Shown here piece after piece: positions 18,946-29,560 of a stretch of DNA of 64,000 bases. Under the pieces are notes generated by a model. The model was not told where the DNA came from, searched no databases, and worked only from the letters and a program-made list of their open reading frames with translations. Position 1 is the first letter of the stretch. Each line of letters starts with the position of its first letter. Made by a program: the position numbers and the translations under genes. Source of the stretch: a virus (Duplodnaviria > Caudoviricetes); the IMG/VR virus record IMGVR_UViG_3300042291_000844, positions 32,001 through 96,000 of that record. The stretch is one strand, 5' to 3'.

Positions 18946-19013
18946 TGTATTTTAAATCCTTATTTTGATAGACTCAAATTTCTATATATAAATATAAAAA
19001 ATTCTAAGTTAGA

Positions 19014-20744
19014 TTAATTTTCCGTATCATCGATAATATTAGTTTCATCTAACATATCTTTAGTTTCGTGTAAATATTTCTTTTTTGATGAAATCCCATT
19101 GATGTAATTCATTGCTTTTGTTTCAGATGTTCTACTTCTCTTTGAAGTTCTCTCATCATCACCTAATGGGTCTCTTCCATAAGGATGTTTGTCTTTACCA
19201 TAAGTATTACCTTCGCGGGGTCTACCACCTTTATCCTTCAATTCTGTTTTAAGATTTTCTAAACTTTCTTCAACATCATTTTGTTTTGGAGGGTTTGCAG
19301 GGTCATTACCATCGTTTTCTATTGAGTTATAACGGAATGTATCTTTTAAATCCTCAACCACTTTACCTCTTTGTTCAGTTTGTTCTGTTTCTGATAATTT
19401 AAATATATTTTCATATATCCAATCTTTAGATAACATCTTTAAACTTTGCATATCAGTTGCTAAACGGATTTTCTCACTCCATAAGTTTACTTTCTCTTGT
19501 TCGTAGATTGTAGATGGGTTAACTAATCCAATTTCAAAATTAGTCATTTCAGAATCTTGAATACCATTACCATATAAGTGGATAACTGCTATTTTAGATA
19601 ATTCTGAAGTAATTGTTCGTTGGATTCTTTCGATTGTTCTTGCAAAACGTACATCTTCTGCTGCTAGGGTTGCTTTACCATTTACATTTTCATCATATCC
19701 CAAATATGCTTTAGGAATTTTTAATGCAGCAAATAATTTAGCTTTTAAGTAATCAATATCTTCAATTGAAGCGTATTCTAATCCTGCTAAGTTTTCAATA
19801 GCAGTTCCACTATCACCACCTCTTACCGGTAGATAAAAATCTTCCGTAAGGTTTTGCATATTATACTTTAAATTGTAATCACCACTTGTCTTATCTAAGA
19901 ATGGAACTTTTTTCATCTTATTGATAATCTTTTGCATGTAGTTATCAACTTCCGTTGGTGGAATATTACCAATATCAATTTTGAACACTCTTTTTTCAGG
20001 TGCTCTCATAATACGATGGATTAACATCGCATCTTCCATTAGGGATAATTGTTTCCATAACCTTCTACCATTCTCAATCATTGATTTACCATAAGGTAAC
20101 CAGTTGGTATCTGATAATAAACGGAAATGTGCCATTTCAAAGTTATCATACTCTACTTTACCGATTGGGTCTTCTTGTACTTTGAATTTAACAAGTGAAG
20201 TATTCTCAGGGTCATGTCCTTCTATTCTTTCAGTATTGTATTGTGAGTGTGGAGTAACGTTTACTATACCTTTACCTTCAGCAATCTCAAGTCCTAAAAA
20301 GAAATCACCATATTTACACATATTACGTGTCCACGGCCATAAGTTAAATTCAACATTAAGAATATCATAGAAAAGATTTTCTAATAATTCTTGTACTCTT
20401 TGATTATCTGAACGTATTGTTAGAATATCACCAAATTCATTTTTAAGTGTAGATTCATCAGCGTAAATATCTAATGCAGATGCTATAATTGGGTCTTGGT
20501 CCATTGCATCAAAATCTCTAAATACTTCTCTACGAACTTGAGCGTATGCCATTGATTGTGCACCACCTGCTTGTTCATAAAAAGATTTTTGTATTTTTGT
20601 GTACCTATCTTTTAATGAAGATAGGTTTGTTTGTTGTTTTTCATCCGCATCAAAAACTTTTCGTTTTCCACTAGCATCGACAGTAACAATTGCCTTTGTA
20701 GAGAAAAGTTTTTTTAACCGATTGAAAAATGTAGTATCTGCCAT
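19014..20744 (-). CDS. gp20: Portal protein (T4 gp20 family)
   Basis: EDAMLIHRI.RAPEKRVF.ID.GN.P, ED.YLP.RGG, L.IP, E..RF.R motifs. Confidence 0.96.
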   Translation of the reverse strand: MADTTFFNRLKKLFSTKAIVTVDASGKRKVFDADEKQQTNLSSLKDRYTKIQKSFYEQAGGAQSMAYAQVRREVFRDFDAMDQDPIIASALDIYADESTLKNEFGDILTIRSDNQRVQELLENLFYDILNVEFNLWPWTRNMCKYGDFFLGLEIAEGKGIVNVTPHSQYNTERIEGHDPENTSLVKFKVQEDPIGKVEYDNFEMAHFRLLSDTNWLPYGKSMIENGRRLWKQLSLMEDAMLIHRIMRAPEKRVFKIDIGNIPPTEVDNYMQKIINKMKKVPFLDKTSGDYNLKYNMQNLTEDFYLPVRGGDSGTAIENLAGLEYASIEDIDYLKAKLFAALKIPKAYLGYDENVNGKATLAAEDVRFARTIERIQRTITSELSKIAVIHLYGNGIQDSEMTNFEIGLVNPSTIYEQEKVNLWSEKIRLATDMQSLKMLSKDWIYENIFKLSETEQTEQRGKVVEDLKDTFRYNSIENDGNDPANPPKQNDVEESLENLKTELKDKGGRPREGNTYGKDKHPYGRDPLGDDERTSKRSRTSETKAMNYINGISSKKKYLHETKDMLDETNIIDDTEN

Positions 20745-20817
20745 ATTTTATTTTTTATATTAAAATTATATTATTTAATAGTGCATCTTATTATACACTA
20801 TAAATATGTTGAATTTT

Positions 20818-22401
20818 TTATTTAATCAACCAAGTCAAATCTTCGTCTTGATTACCCACTCTCATTGACCACGGATTATCATCCATTGAACTACCACCAT
20901 AGAAACCAGATTCTTGTATTTGTTGTTGAATTCCACCCAATGATTTAATAGTTAAATCGATTCCTTCCTGTCTTAATCTCAATGCGGTATCTCTAACCCA
21001 TAGAGCAATCGATAACGCCATCACTAAGTCATCATTGTATCCCCTCATTGCTTCTGCACGATTGTTGTTCCATATAAAGGTAAAAAGCTCCTCTATCAAC
21101 CTATTAGAACGTATGGTGATAGATTTCTCTCTGAAGTAATCATCTAACTTTGAAATAATCAAAGGTCGTGTCTTAGATGTAGTTGAAAAACCTGCAACCA
21201 TACCTCTTTCTTCTGCCCTAAACTTATTATGCATCTGATGTTCAACATCCACATACTTTAAATCCTTACTCATATAGAATAAGTTTTTATATCCCCTATC
21301 GATTACCTGTTGGATAACTGCCCAACCAATATTTGCGTTCTCTATTACTAAAAGTGCTTCGTTATAATCAGTTGCTAAGGAAACTAAGAAATTTCCAAAA
21401 TCTTTTGTATCTAATTTTCCTTTGTATTCTGCTACTTGTACCGAATTAACAATATCAATCACTTGTGCGGCGGAGTAATCCGTAGAATCTCCACGGGCAA
21501 CGTCCGCAACAACCATATATGATTTTTGATAATCGGGATATTCCCATTTCCAAAGATTCCCATCAAAGCCAGTTTTTTCTAATGGTTCTTGTACAAAAGA
21601 TTCTTTATAAAACATTAGAAGTTGTGGGTCTATGACACTATCACCGGATGATACGAAATCACAATCGCATTCCTGTGCTGCACCCTTTGCTCCTAAAAGT
21701 ATTTGTTGTTCATCTCTCCATTCTTGATTTCTTTCGGGGTGAACCGTCCAATGTAAACGGACTGTATTGAATCCATTAGTTCCATCCTCTGCACCAACCC
21801 AAGTCCTATGAAAGAAATTACCCACACCATTAGGAGTAGAAAGAATAATTGCATTACCACCCGTTGATAGAGTAGATTGTGCAGATATCCAAATTTCTTC
21901 AATGTTATCAATGAATGCTGCCTCATCAAATACTAATAGGGATAGTGCTTCAGAACGACCAGCATCACCTGCTGCAGAAGTTGCTTTTGCCTGTGAACCA
22001 TTTGAGTATCGTAATGAAAGTTTATTATCTTCAACTGTTGTTTGTTTTAACCAACTAGGTAAATATTGATTCATTACCCTAATTTTAGTAATAAGGTTTT
22101 TAGCAACTTCTTGTTTAGTTGCAATTACCAATACGTTAAAATCTTGATTAAATAACATCTTCCACAATGCAAATCCCGCAGTTAAGGTAGATATACCAGT
22201 TTGACGAGATTTTAGAATGATGTTATATCGATGGTCTTTGAATTGTGTTAGTGTATTTTCTTGAAATGGATATAAATGAAATGGTATTTTACCGCGGACA
22301 GGGTGTTGAATCATACAATACTTTTTCATAAAGTATATAGGGTCACCAGCACATCGTTGGTATTCTAATTTTATTATATCTTTTAAAGAAGTTCCTGCCA
22401 T
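20818..22401 (-). CDS. gp17: Terminase large subunit (T4 gp17 family)
   Basis: Walker A LKSRQTGIST, Walker B LLVFDEAAF, STPNG, RNase H-like ADVARG/DYSA and DDLVMA; no intein. Confidence 0.96.
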   Translation of the reverse strand: MAGTSLKDIIKLEYQRCAGDPIYFMKKYCMIQHPVRGKIPFHLYPFQENTLTQFKDHRYNIILKSRQTGISTLTAGFALWKMLFNQDFNVLVIATKQEVAKNLITKIRVMNQYLPSWLKQTTVEDNKLSLRYSNGSQAKATSAAGDAGRSEALSLLVFDEAAFIDNIEEIWISAQSTLSTGGNAIILSTPNGVGNFFHRTWVGAEDGTNGFNTVRLHWTVHPERNQEWRDEQQILLGAKGAAQECDCDFVSSGDSVIDPQLLMFYKESFVQEPLEKTGFDGNLWKWEYPDYQKSYMVVADVARGDSTDYSAAQVIDIVNSVQVAEYKGKLDTKDFGNFLVSLATDYNEALLVIENANIGWAVIQQVIDRGYKNLFYMSKDLKYVDVEHQMHNKFRAEERGMVAGFSTTSKTRPLIISKLDDYFREKSITIRSNRLIEELFTFIWNNNRAEAMRGYNDDLVMALSIALWVRDTALRLRQEGIDLTIKSLGGIQQQIQESGFYGGSSMDDNPWSMRVGNQDEDLTWLIK

Positions 22402-22413
22402 TATTGTTTTGTA

Positions 22414-23073
22414 TTAAACGTAATGTTCACAATTATGTTCTTTTAAAATTTCAAATGCTTTATTACGGAACTCTTCTACTTTTTGTAACTCTGCTTTACC
22501 ATTTGTAATAATTTCCATTATTTCAGCACGAGTATTTTCTACTGAATTTGGTAATTCCCATTTTTCCGTAGTTCCATCCTCATTAATATATTCATAATAA
22601 GGTTTCACATCATCGTGTGCCTGTTGGAGTTCTTCTAATTTTATTTTACCATCAATTATCATACGAGTGTATATTTTATAATCCTCATATTGTTCCCATA
22701 CTCCGGCAACTCGTACTTTATGTTCTCTTTCCGCTAAACAATTGATACAATATCCAGTTTTTTTAATAACCTTCTTGTGATTACTATTAATCTTTATTGT
22801 AGTGCAATCTGGATTAGAGCATCTTTCCAATTCTGCTATATATTTTCTGATTTCATCAAATGCTTCAGAGTTTTTAGAAGTTTTCATTGTGAATCCTTCT
22901 TTTTTCTCATATCTATGATGCTCATCTTCCCAAACATCACCAACCTTTCGTTCTACGTTAGCGGTTTCCCATCCAACTGTGGTGTTTTTAGCATATTCAC
23001 CACCCGTCATAACCATATCCACCAACTTCCTACGAGTTGGATGCATAAACTTTTTGTTAAATTCCTTTGCCAT
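22414..23073 (-). CDS. Conserved hypothetical protein with Cys cluster, upstream of terminase
   Basis: R..GDVWED motif; C-x4-C and CINC. Confidence 0.55.
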   Translation of the reverse strand: MAKEFNKKFMHPTRRKLVDMVMTGGEYAKNTTVGWETANVERKVGDVWEDEHHRYEKKEGFTMKTSKNSEAFDEIRKYIAELERCSNPDCTTIKINSNHKKVIKKTGYCINCLAEREHKVRVAGVWEQYEDYKIYTRMIIDGKIKLEELQQAHDDVKPYYEYINEDGTTEKWELPNSVENTRAEIMEIITNGKAELQKVEEFRNKAFEILKEHNCEHYV

Positions 23074-23126
23074 TATTCTATATTAGGTTTTTATTTTAAT
23101 ACATATATAAGTATATATAAAATAAA

Positions 23127-26100
23127 TTATGCGTAAAAAATACCTAATAATTGATTGAGAGAAGCGAACGCTCCTGTTAATTTGAATGTCTGTCCGTTAT
23201 ATACAAATACAATTCCTTCGATTGGTACGATTCTTTTAGCACCACCAATTGCATTTAATCTTTTAAGTTCTAATTTTAGTTTATCTATCTTTTTAGGGTC
23301 TCCACTTGCCTGAACATCCTTTATAGTTTGTTCTAAACGTTTCTTCATATCCCTTAGAGCGGAATCTGGATTAACTGTTAATACCGATGCGGTAAATTCT
23401 AATACATCTGCACCAACTCCTAAGAAAATATCTTCAAATTTCATTAAGTTATCTTTTGAAATACCCTTATGGTCTTCTTTATCTATCTTAGTAGCCCATG
23501 CAAGAGTTTTTTCATCCTTAATTGAATTCTTATCAATACGGAATCCCTTTTCGTTAAACGCCCATCTCTTAACTAACCCCATTTTAGTGGCGTTATCTAA
23601 TGTAGTTGGTGTTTTCTTATCTACAAAGTTCTCCCACCATGCTTGATGGTAATCGGCAACACCTGCAGTATCTCCTAATCCAAATTCTTTTTGCAATTTA
23701 GATATCATAGTAAGATACTTACCTTTCTTAGATGATAGGTCTTGTGATTTTGGTAACTTTAATACCGGTGGCCCTTGTAGTGTATACTTTGATTGAACAT
23801 CTGCGTTTACTTGTTTAAGCATTCCACCCAATACTCTACCTGCTTCTGCTGATTCCCCTATTGCATCACCATTCTCATCGTACTCCATTGTTCCGTGAAA
23901 TACTAATAGTGGTTGTCCGTAAGGAATGACGTTGACTGAGGTAGGATATATCACCTCTATGTTCATAAAACACGAACCATTCTTAAATACCTTATCTTTT
24001 TGTGATTGGGATAATGATTTTATAGCATTAGATAGGTCTTTCATCGCAAAATTGTAGGCATCAGTTAATTCACCTCTACCCGCAAACTTATCTGCTACTC
24101 CGTTGATATCTAACGCCCCTGCACCTTTGTTTTTCAAATGTGATTTGTTTCTTGCTGCTACTAATCTACCATCTATCCAACTAATTGCTAATGCTTGACC
24201 ATCGGTTTTCTCTCTAGCAAATTCTAAATTACCATCTAATGCACGATTTACGATATCTTTAAGTTGACCAAAGGTTAAATTGATTTCAGTATCAAATGGA
24301 TGATTCATATGTCCATATGCACCACCTTCCATTAGTAGGGATTCATTTATTGATTCCGTATTTAAAGATAATAAATCCCAATCTAATTCTTTACTATCAA
24401 AATCAATGCCATTACTATAAACATCTTTTACTATTACACCTACTTGTTTCATTTGGTTTGCTAAATCCTTAACAACATTTGGTTTCATATTAATAAGACT
24501 TACCGAACCTGCACCATTATATTCATACCCACTTCCCTCATATTTACGGAAACCTCTTACACTAGTACTATATGATTCTACTTTTTTTATACGATTCTTT
24601 TTAAAAATAGCATTTATTTCTTTTTTTACAATATTTCTTTCAGCTTCATTTATAGATTCGGTTGTAAATACAGGAGTAGATGATTTAAAATCAGCTTTTC
24701 TCATTATCGTCTTAGCAATCAATCTATCAGCCACTTTAATAAATGCTATATTGATATTTGATACTCTATCTTTAACTACAAACTCTTTATATTGTTTTAG
24801 AAACTCTAAAAATTTCTTTTTGTTTCTAGCCAATCTTTTAAATAATCCTGTTAATTCTGCAGGAGATATTTCTTTACCATTTCGTGGGTCGTTTAACCTT
24901 TGAAAGAAATGGTCAGTTTCCCTTCCTAAATCAACATCAGTTGGACTCATTTGTGAATCAGCATATTTTTCAACCGAATCCATATCAGTCTTAGCCATTT
25001 CAACTTTAACTTTTTCTCTTAATATTGCACTTTGAGATGAATAAAAGTATCTATCAATTAATTTATTTTCTACTTTTTTAAATCCTGCACTTTTATGACA
25101 ATTATGGAATGGGTTTTGTTGTTTCACCAAAAGTATTTGATGTGTTATCTCATGTAATATTGCCCTTTCTATATCAGTAACCTTACTCAAATCAAAGGTA
25201 ATGTATTCTGGTATAAATGTGTTAGAATCGTATGTAGTTGCAGCACCTGCACGACCAACTGAACCGAATTTAACTGCGATAGGTTTTATATTTAAATCTT
25301 TACAAATTGCTTTGTAGTAATTTACAACACTTTCTTTTTTAACTTCGGTGATAATACTCTCTTCAACTTTTTTTAATTTAGTATAATAGTTTTCATCCTC
25401 CCAAATATGGTCTTTTGCTATTTCAGTTGCAAACCGAATATCTGATGTGTGTTCCATTTCTACTTTAGCACCATCTTTGATTTTTTGTTTTATTACATCA
25501 ATTGTGGTGTTATATTTTGTAGCAAAATCATCTAATGTTTTATCAGTTGATAATCCACCGGGTATAACATCCGTTTGAACTGCTATTTCTTCCAAATCAT
25601 CTTCAAAATCTGGTTGACCCGAATCTTTTACTTTAAAATTAGCTTTTTTATTATCGTATTTTCTCGGATGTGTTCTTGCCCAATCTGCGTAATTATTAAC
25701 TGTTCCATCATAGTAATAATTTTCTTTAATATCACCCTTTTCATCTTTGTTAGAATTAAATGATTCTATTGCAGAAGCCATTACTTCATTTGGTATTTTT
25801 GCATTTTCTAATTTTTTACTTATGATAGCTATAAATTTTAACATATCCGCATCTGGTTCTTCCTCTCCTGCAAATAAGGCTGCTTTACCTGCCCCTACTG
25901 CAAGAGTTTCAACAACTACATGTGGAATAAATTCCATCATTACGTGTTTACCAAAAGCAACAGCTCCATGTGCCAATCCACCTCCCGCTGCACCAAATGC
26001 TGCTGCTAATGCAACTTTTTTTGCAACATTAATTAGGGCTTTCTTTTCTTCTTTTGATACCTCTTTACCACTAAAAAAGTTTTTAACGCCACTACCGGCT

Positions 26101-28670
26101 TCTTTAAACAAATGAACTTCGTGTTTGGCACCATATTTAATTGCTTCTATTGCACCTTTAGCTTTGTCTTTAACTGATTTAGCAAAACTTCTTCGTTCCG
26201 GTGATTCTCCTTTATGCACTTTTTGTATGAAAAATTGTTTTTCATCTAAACTCCAATTCTTCACACCATCTTTAATTTTTTGGAGAGCCATTGGAGCATT
26301 TTTATTTATATCCACCTTTGGACTAAGAGAATTAGGTACATTTTTATCTGTCTTTGGAGTATCTTGTGTATCTTTCTTTTTGTTTCGTTGTCTACGCAAA
26401 TCAACATGCGAATTACCAACGGGTGCAATTACTGTATATCCAGCATCTTCAGCCTCTTTGATTTTTCTATCTAATTCTTTTTGACGGAATCCATTGTATG
26501 CTTCTTGGGCTTTAAATATTTCAGTTTCACCATACCCATCATCATCTCTATAATTTAATTCGTAAAGGTCTTTTTGTTGTGCATCAGTTAGGTTATTCCA
26601 ATCAACCTCACCATCGAATTCTGAACTTCCACCTTTTTTTGCTTGGTCTATTAACCATTCTTTTCCTTCATCATCTAAATAATCATCAGGTGACATATTT
26701 TCATCAGGACCATCTTGTCCATACATATTTGACCACAATGCAGCTTTTGCTTTTGATTTACTACCACCTACCGATTTTGCTACTTCATCAAATACAGGCG
26801 ATTTATCATCCAATACATCTGCGTTTTCATCCCAACTACTTTCTTCCGCATTATCAAAATGTCCTTTTACTGCATTTCTAAATTCATTTTGTTCTCCACC
26901 AAATTCAATATTACCATTCTTATCTTTACTCATACCACCCTCACCCACAAACATTACTTTTGTATCTTTAGGTAAAGTTTTTATTTGTTCTATTGTTTCT
27001 TTATTACTTTTCTTTCTTTTTCCGTGTTCAACTCCAATAATCAATGAACCATTTGGTGTTACATCAATATCTAATTCTTCACCATTTTTTGTTTTTCTAT
27101 TCTTTAATTTATTTGCTACTTCAGCAGTATCAGATGATGATTTTGTAGGTTCTTGTTTTGGTTCTTCTTTAGGTTGTTTAACACTTTTATCGTGTTTAAA
27201 CATATCCGCCCCTTGTACTGCTTGACCAGTTGGTTTAGCTTCACCACCCTTATCATCTCCCCCAATAGGACTATATTTTCCACTATCATCTTTTTTAAAT
27301 AGTGGTGCACCTTCTACATCTTTTTTACTTTTTTCTTTGTATTTACCATATCCAACATGCACGTATTTATCATCTTCACCATCACTTTCAAATAGTGAAT
27401 CTAATAAATCAGAATAATCAGATATTAATTCTGAAATGGAGTCTTTTTGTTTTGCTTTCTTTTTCAATCTCTTTTCTGCCTTTTCAATTTTTTCAACTTC
27501 GTGAGTGACATCAACATCATCAAACCCAAGTGGATATGTAGTTGGTTTATTCAAATTTCTAGCGTTGTTTTTTGTTTTAATTTTAAAGGTTATTTGGTTT
27601 TCATCATCTGATGCATATATTGCATCTGCTTTTGGAAAATCAGTTTGGGTATATCCTCCTCTAACAAACCAATCATCACTACTATTAACTCCATCATCAC
27701 CACCCAATACTCTTGCCTTACCTTTTGGTAGATATCCACCATCGGGTTGTGAATCATCACCGCCAGAGACAGTTGCTGCCTCTTTAAAAATATTTTGTTT
27801 TGGTAGAATTCTAAATGTAGCCACTTTTTTACCATTAATCGTTGGCATTCCATGTTCATCTTTACCAATTGTTTTAACTACTGTTTTTTTATTTTTAAAT
27901 TTACCCATTAATATAGTATCACCTATATTAACATCCAATTTAATTTCTTCGTTTACTTCATCTTCATCATCTAACTTCTTACGCATCTTTTTCACATCTT
28001 CAGGTTTCGGTGCACCATTAATCGTACCATTTGGTAATGATATTCCGATACCCGTTCCACCTGGCATTCCTTCACTCATAGTTTTAAGTTTAAGAGTAAT
28101 CAGTTTGAATATTTTTTCATCAAACTTTGGATATGCTTTTAAGAATCCAGCCTTTTGTTGTTCTTCATCGCCCTTACTTAACCAATTTCGTACATTAGTA
28201 CCTGATATTGGGTTTGATTGTGATGGGGATACATACACATAACCCCTTTCTTTATATCCTTGTTCTATTTTACCTTTATATTTCTCAAAATACTTTCCAC
28301 CCAATCTCATCTCATCTTTTTCACCAACAACACTTATATAACCAGTTGTAGTTTCATCAAAGTTTTTTAAGATTTCAGTAGGTGCATAAGGATTTTTAAT
28401 CTCAACTATTTTGTTTGGTGGAATACCAAACATTTTAGTCATTATTATTTTCTTTTCCTTAAAATTAAATGGAGATTGTCTATTATCGGTTTTATTAGAT
28501 GTACCAATAAACACTTTATCCTTACCAAACTTTTTACAAAGATTCTGATAAGTTGCGTAGTGGCCCTTATGAAAAGGTTGGAATCTACCTGAATATACTA
28601 CAACAAAGTTGTGTAATTCGGTATCTTCTAATAAAATTTGATTGACAAGATATTGACTTAGTTCATTCAT
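23127..28670 (-). CDS. 1847-aa mosaic protein: N-terminal HIGH-type cytidylyl/adenylyltransferase, inserted modules, C-terminal KxDG nucleotidyltransferase-like domain
   Basis: YSGRFQPFHKGH; DUF5661-like EMEHT..A.EIAKDH..ED..YY.KL; HEITH zinc motif; EGGAYGH..HPFD...EKTDG. Confidence 0.7.
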   Translation of the reverse strand: MNELSQYLVNQILLEDTELHNFVVVYSGRFQPFHKGHYATYQNLCKKFGKDKVFIGTSNKTDNRQSPFNFKEKKIIMTKMFGIPPNKIVEIKNPYAPTEILKNFDETTTGYISVVGEKDEMRLGGKYFEKYKGKIEQGYKERGYVYVSPSQSNPISGTNVRNWLSKGDEEQQKAGFLKAYPKFDEKIFKLITLKLKTMSEGMPGGTGIGISLPNGTINGAPKPEDVKKMRKKLDDEDEVNEEIKLDVNIGDTILMGKFKNKKTVVKTIGKDEHGMPTINGKKVATFRILPKQNIFKEAATVSGGDDSQPDGGYLPKGKARVLGGDDGVNSSDDWFVRGGYTQTDFPKADAIYASDDENQITFKIKTKNNARNLNKPTTYPLGFDDVDVTHEVEKIEKAEKRLKKKAKQKDSISELISDYSDLLDSLFESDGEDDKYVHVGYGKYKEKSKKDVEGAPLFKKDDSGKYSPIGGDDKGGEAKPTGQAVQGADMFKHDKSVKQPKEEPKQEPTKSSSDTAEVANKLKNRKTKNGEELDIDVTPNGSLIIGVEHGKRKKSNKETIEQIKTLPKDTKVMFVGEGGMSKDKNGNIEFGGEQNEFRNAVKGHFDNAEESSWDENADVLDDKSPVFDEVAKSVGGSKSKAKAALWSNMYGQDGPDENMSPDDYLDDEGKEWLIDQAKKGGSSEFDGEVDWNNLTDAQQKDLYELNYRDDDGYGETEIFKAQEAYNGFRQKELDRKIKEAEDAGYTVIAPVGNSHVDLRRQRNKKKDTQDTPKTDKNVPNSLSPKVDINKNAPMALQKIKDGVKNWSLDEKQFFIQKVHKGESPERRSFAKSVKDKAKGAIEAIKYGAKHEVHLFKEAGSGVKNFFSGKEVSKEEKKALINVAKKVALAAAFGAAGGGLAHGAVAFGKHVMMEFIPHVVVETLAVGAGKAALFAGEEEPDADMLKFIAIISKKLENAKIPNEVMASAIESFNSNKDEKGDIKENYYYDGTVNNYADWARTHPRKYDNKKANFKVKDSGQPDFEDDLEEIAVQTDVIPGGLSTDKTLDDFATKYNTTIDVIKQKIKDGAKVEMEHTSDIRFATEIAKDHIWEDENYYTKLKKVEESIITEVKKESVVNYYKAICKDLNIKPIAVKFGSVGRAGAATTYDSNTFIPEYITFDLSKVTDIERAILHEITHQILLVKQQNPFHNCHKSAGFKKVENKLIDRYFYSSQSAILREKVKVEMAKTDMDSVEKYADSQMSPTDVDLGRETDHFFQRLNDPRNGKEISPAELTGLFKRLARNKKKFLEFLKQYKEFVVKDRVSNINIAFIKVADRLIAKTIMRKADFKSSTPVFTTESINEAERNIVKKEINAIFKKNRIKKVESYSTSVRGFRKYEGSGYEYNGAGSVSLINMKPNVVKDLANQMKQVGVIVKDVYSNGIDFDSKELDWDLLSLNTESINESLLMEGGAYGHMNHPFDTEINLTFGQLKDIVNRALDGNLEFAREKTDGQALAISWIDGRLVAARNKSHLKNKGAGALDINGVADKFAGRGELTDAYNFAMKDLSNAIKSLSQSQKDKVFKNGSCFMNIEVIYPTSVNVIPYGQPLLVFHGTMEYDENGDAIGESAEAGRVLGGMLKQVNADVQSKYTLQGPPVLKLPKSQDLSSKKGKYLTMISKLQKEFGLGDTAGVADYHQAWWENFVDKKTPTTLDNATKMGLVKRWAFNEKGFRIDKNSIKDEKTLAWATKIDKEDHKGISKDNLMKFEDIFLGVGADVLEFTASVLTVNPDSALRDMKKRLEQTIKDVQASGDPKKIDKLKLELKRLNAIGGAKRIVPIEGIVFVYNGQTFKLTGAFASLNQLLGIFYA

Positions 28671-28714
28671 TTGTGTAGTACTCTATTAGTGTATAAATAT
28701 GAATGAGTTAAGAA

Positions 28715-28843
28715 TTAATGATTTTTATAAACGAATGGGTCTCTTTTACGGAGTTCTTCTAACTTTTTTTTATATAATTCTGCTTGTTTCTTTTTATTTC
28801 TTTTTTTGTTAAAGAAATCTAATATTTTTTTAAATAGTTTCAT
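28715..28843 (-). CDS. 42-aa basic protein missing from the ORF track
   Basis: MKLFKKILDFF...KKLEELRKRDPFVYKNH*; fills the gap; RKRDPF.Y motif recalled from other phage small proteins. Confidence 0.6.
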   Translation of the reverse strand: MKLFKKILDFFNKKRNKKKQAELYKKKLEELRKRDPFVYKNH

Positions 28844-28849
28844 ATTTTT

Positions 28850-29560
28850 TTAATTTTGAGTTTTAGTTTCTTTCCAATATGTTCTAAATACATGTCTATT
28901 CCAATTTTTAATTTCAGTAACCGAATGTTGTATACCCATTTTATTAAAATACGAATCAAATACAATTAATTGATTTTTTTTGGGTCTATGTGTATAAATT
29001 ATATTATTTTTAATAACCTCTGGACTTTCGGATTCGGTTACATCACTATAAAATACAATTTCACCACCCTCATCCTCATCTTTCATTTCATTTAAATACA
29101 ATGTAGTTGTACAAATTCGTGGATTGGATTCTGGACTAGTATCAGAATGGATATTCATTATATGACCAGGTAGATATGTGAGTACATCTTGATGTTCTGC
29201 TTTTAAATTATTAATATGTTCTGTATATATACTTTCTAAATAAACACTTATGTGTTTGTTAGTAGTATTCAATAAAGTACGGTCACATGGACTTTCAATA
29301 TCTTTTCTATTAATTCGTTTACTACCAATATTTTTAAAATTATTCCATATATATGCTTCATCTTCATTTAAATTGGTAATCAATTTATTAAATGACATAT
29401 TATTGTTTGGATTTTCATAATCATGCAATCCAAATCGTGCAACAAAATTTTTTTCTTCAATATGTTTTTGACAATCTTCTAATAACAAATCTAAGATTGA
29501 TTCATCTAATGCGTTTTCGAATATAAAAACTTTATTATTTATATTTTTGATAAGTTTCAT
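28850..29560 (-). CDS. 2OG-Fe(II) oxygenase (prolyl-hydroxylase-like fold)
   Basis: HSD...T.LYLNE..EGGE..F...P....L.VF...HSV...R facial triad pattern. Confidence 0.85.
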   Translation of the reverse strand: MKLIKNINNKVFIFENALDESILDLLLEDCQKHIEEKNFVARFGLHDYENPNNNMSFNKLITNLNEDEAYIWNNFKNIGSKRINRKDIESPCDRTLLNTTNKHISVYLESIYTEHINNLKAEHQDVLTYLPGHIMNIHSDTSPESNPRICTTTLYLNEMKDEDEGGEIVFYSDVTESESPEVIKNNIIYTHRPKKNQLIVFDSYFNKMGIQHSVTEIKNWNRHVFRTYWKETKTQN

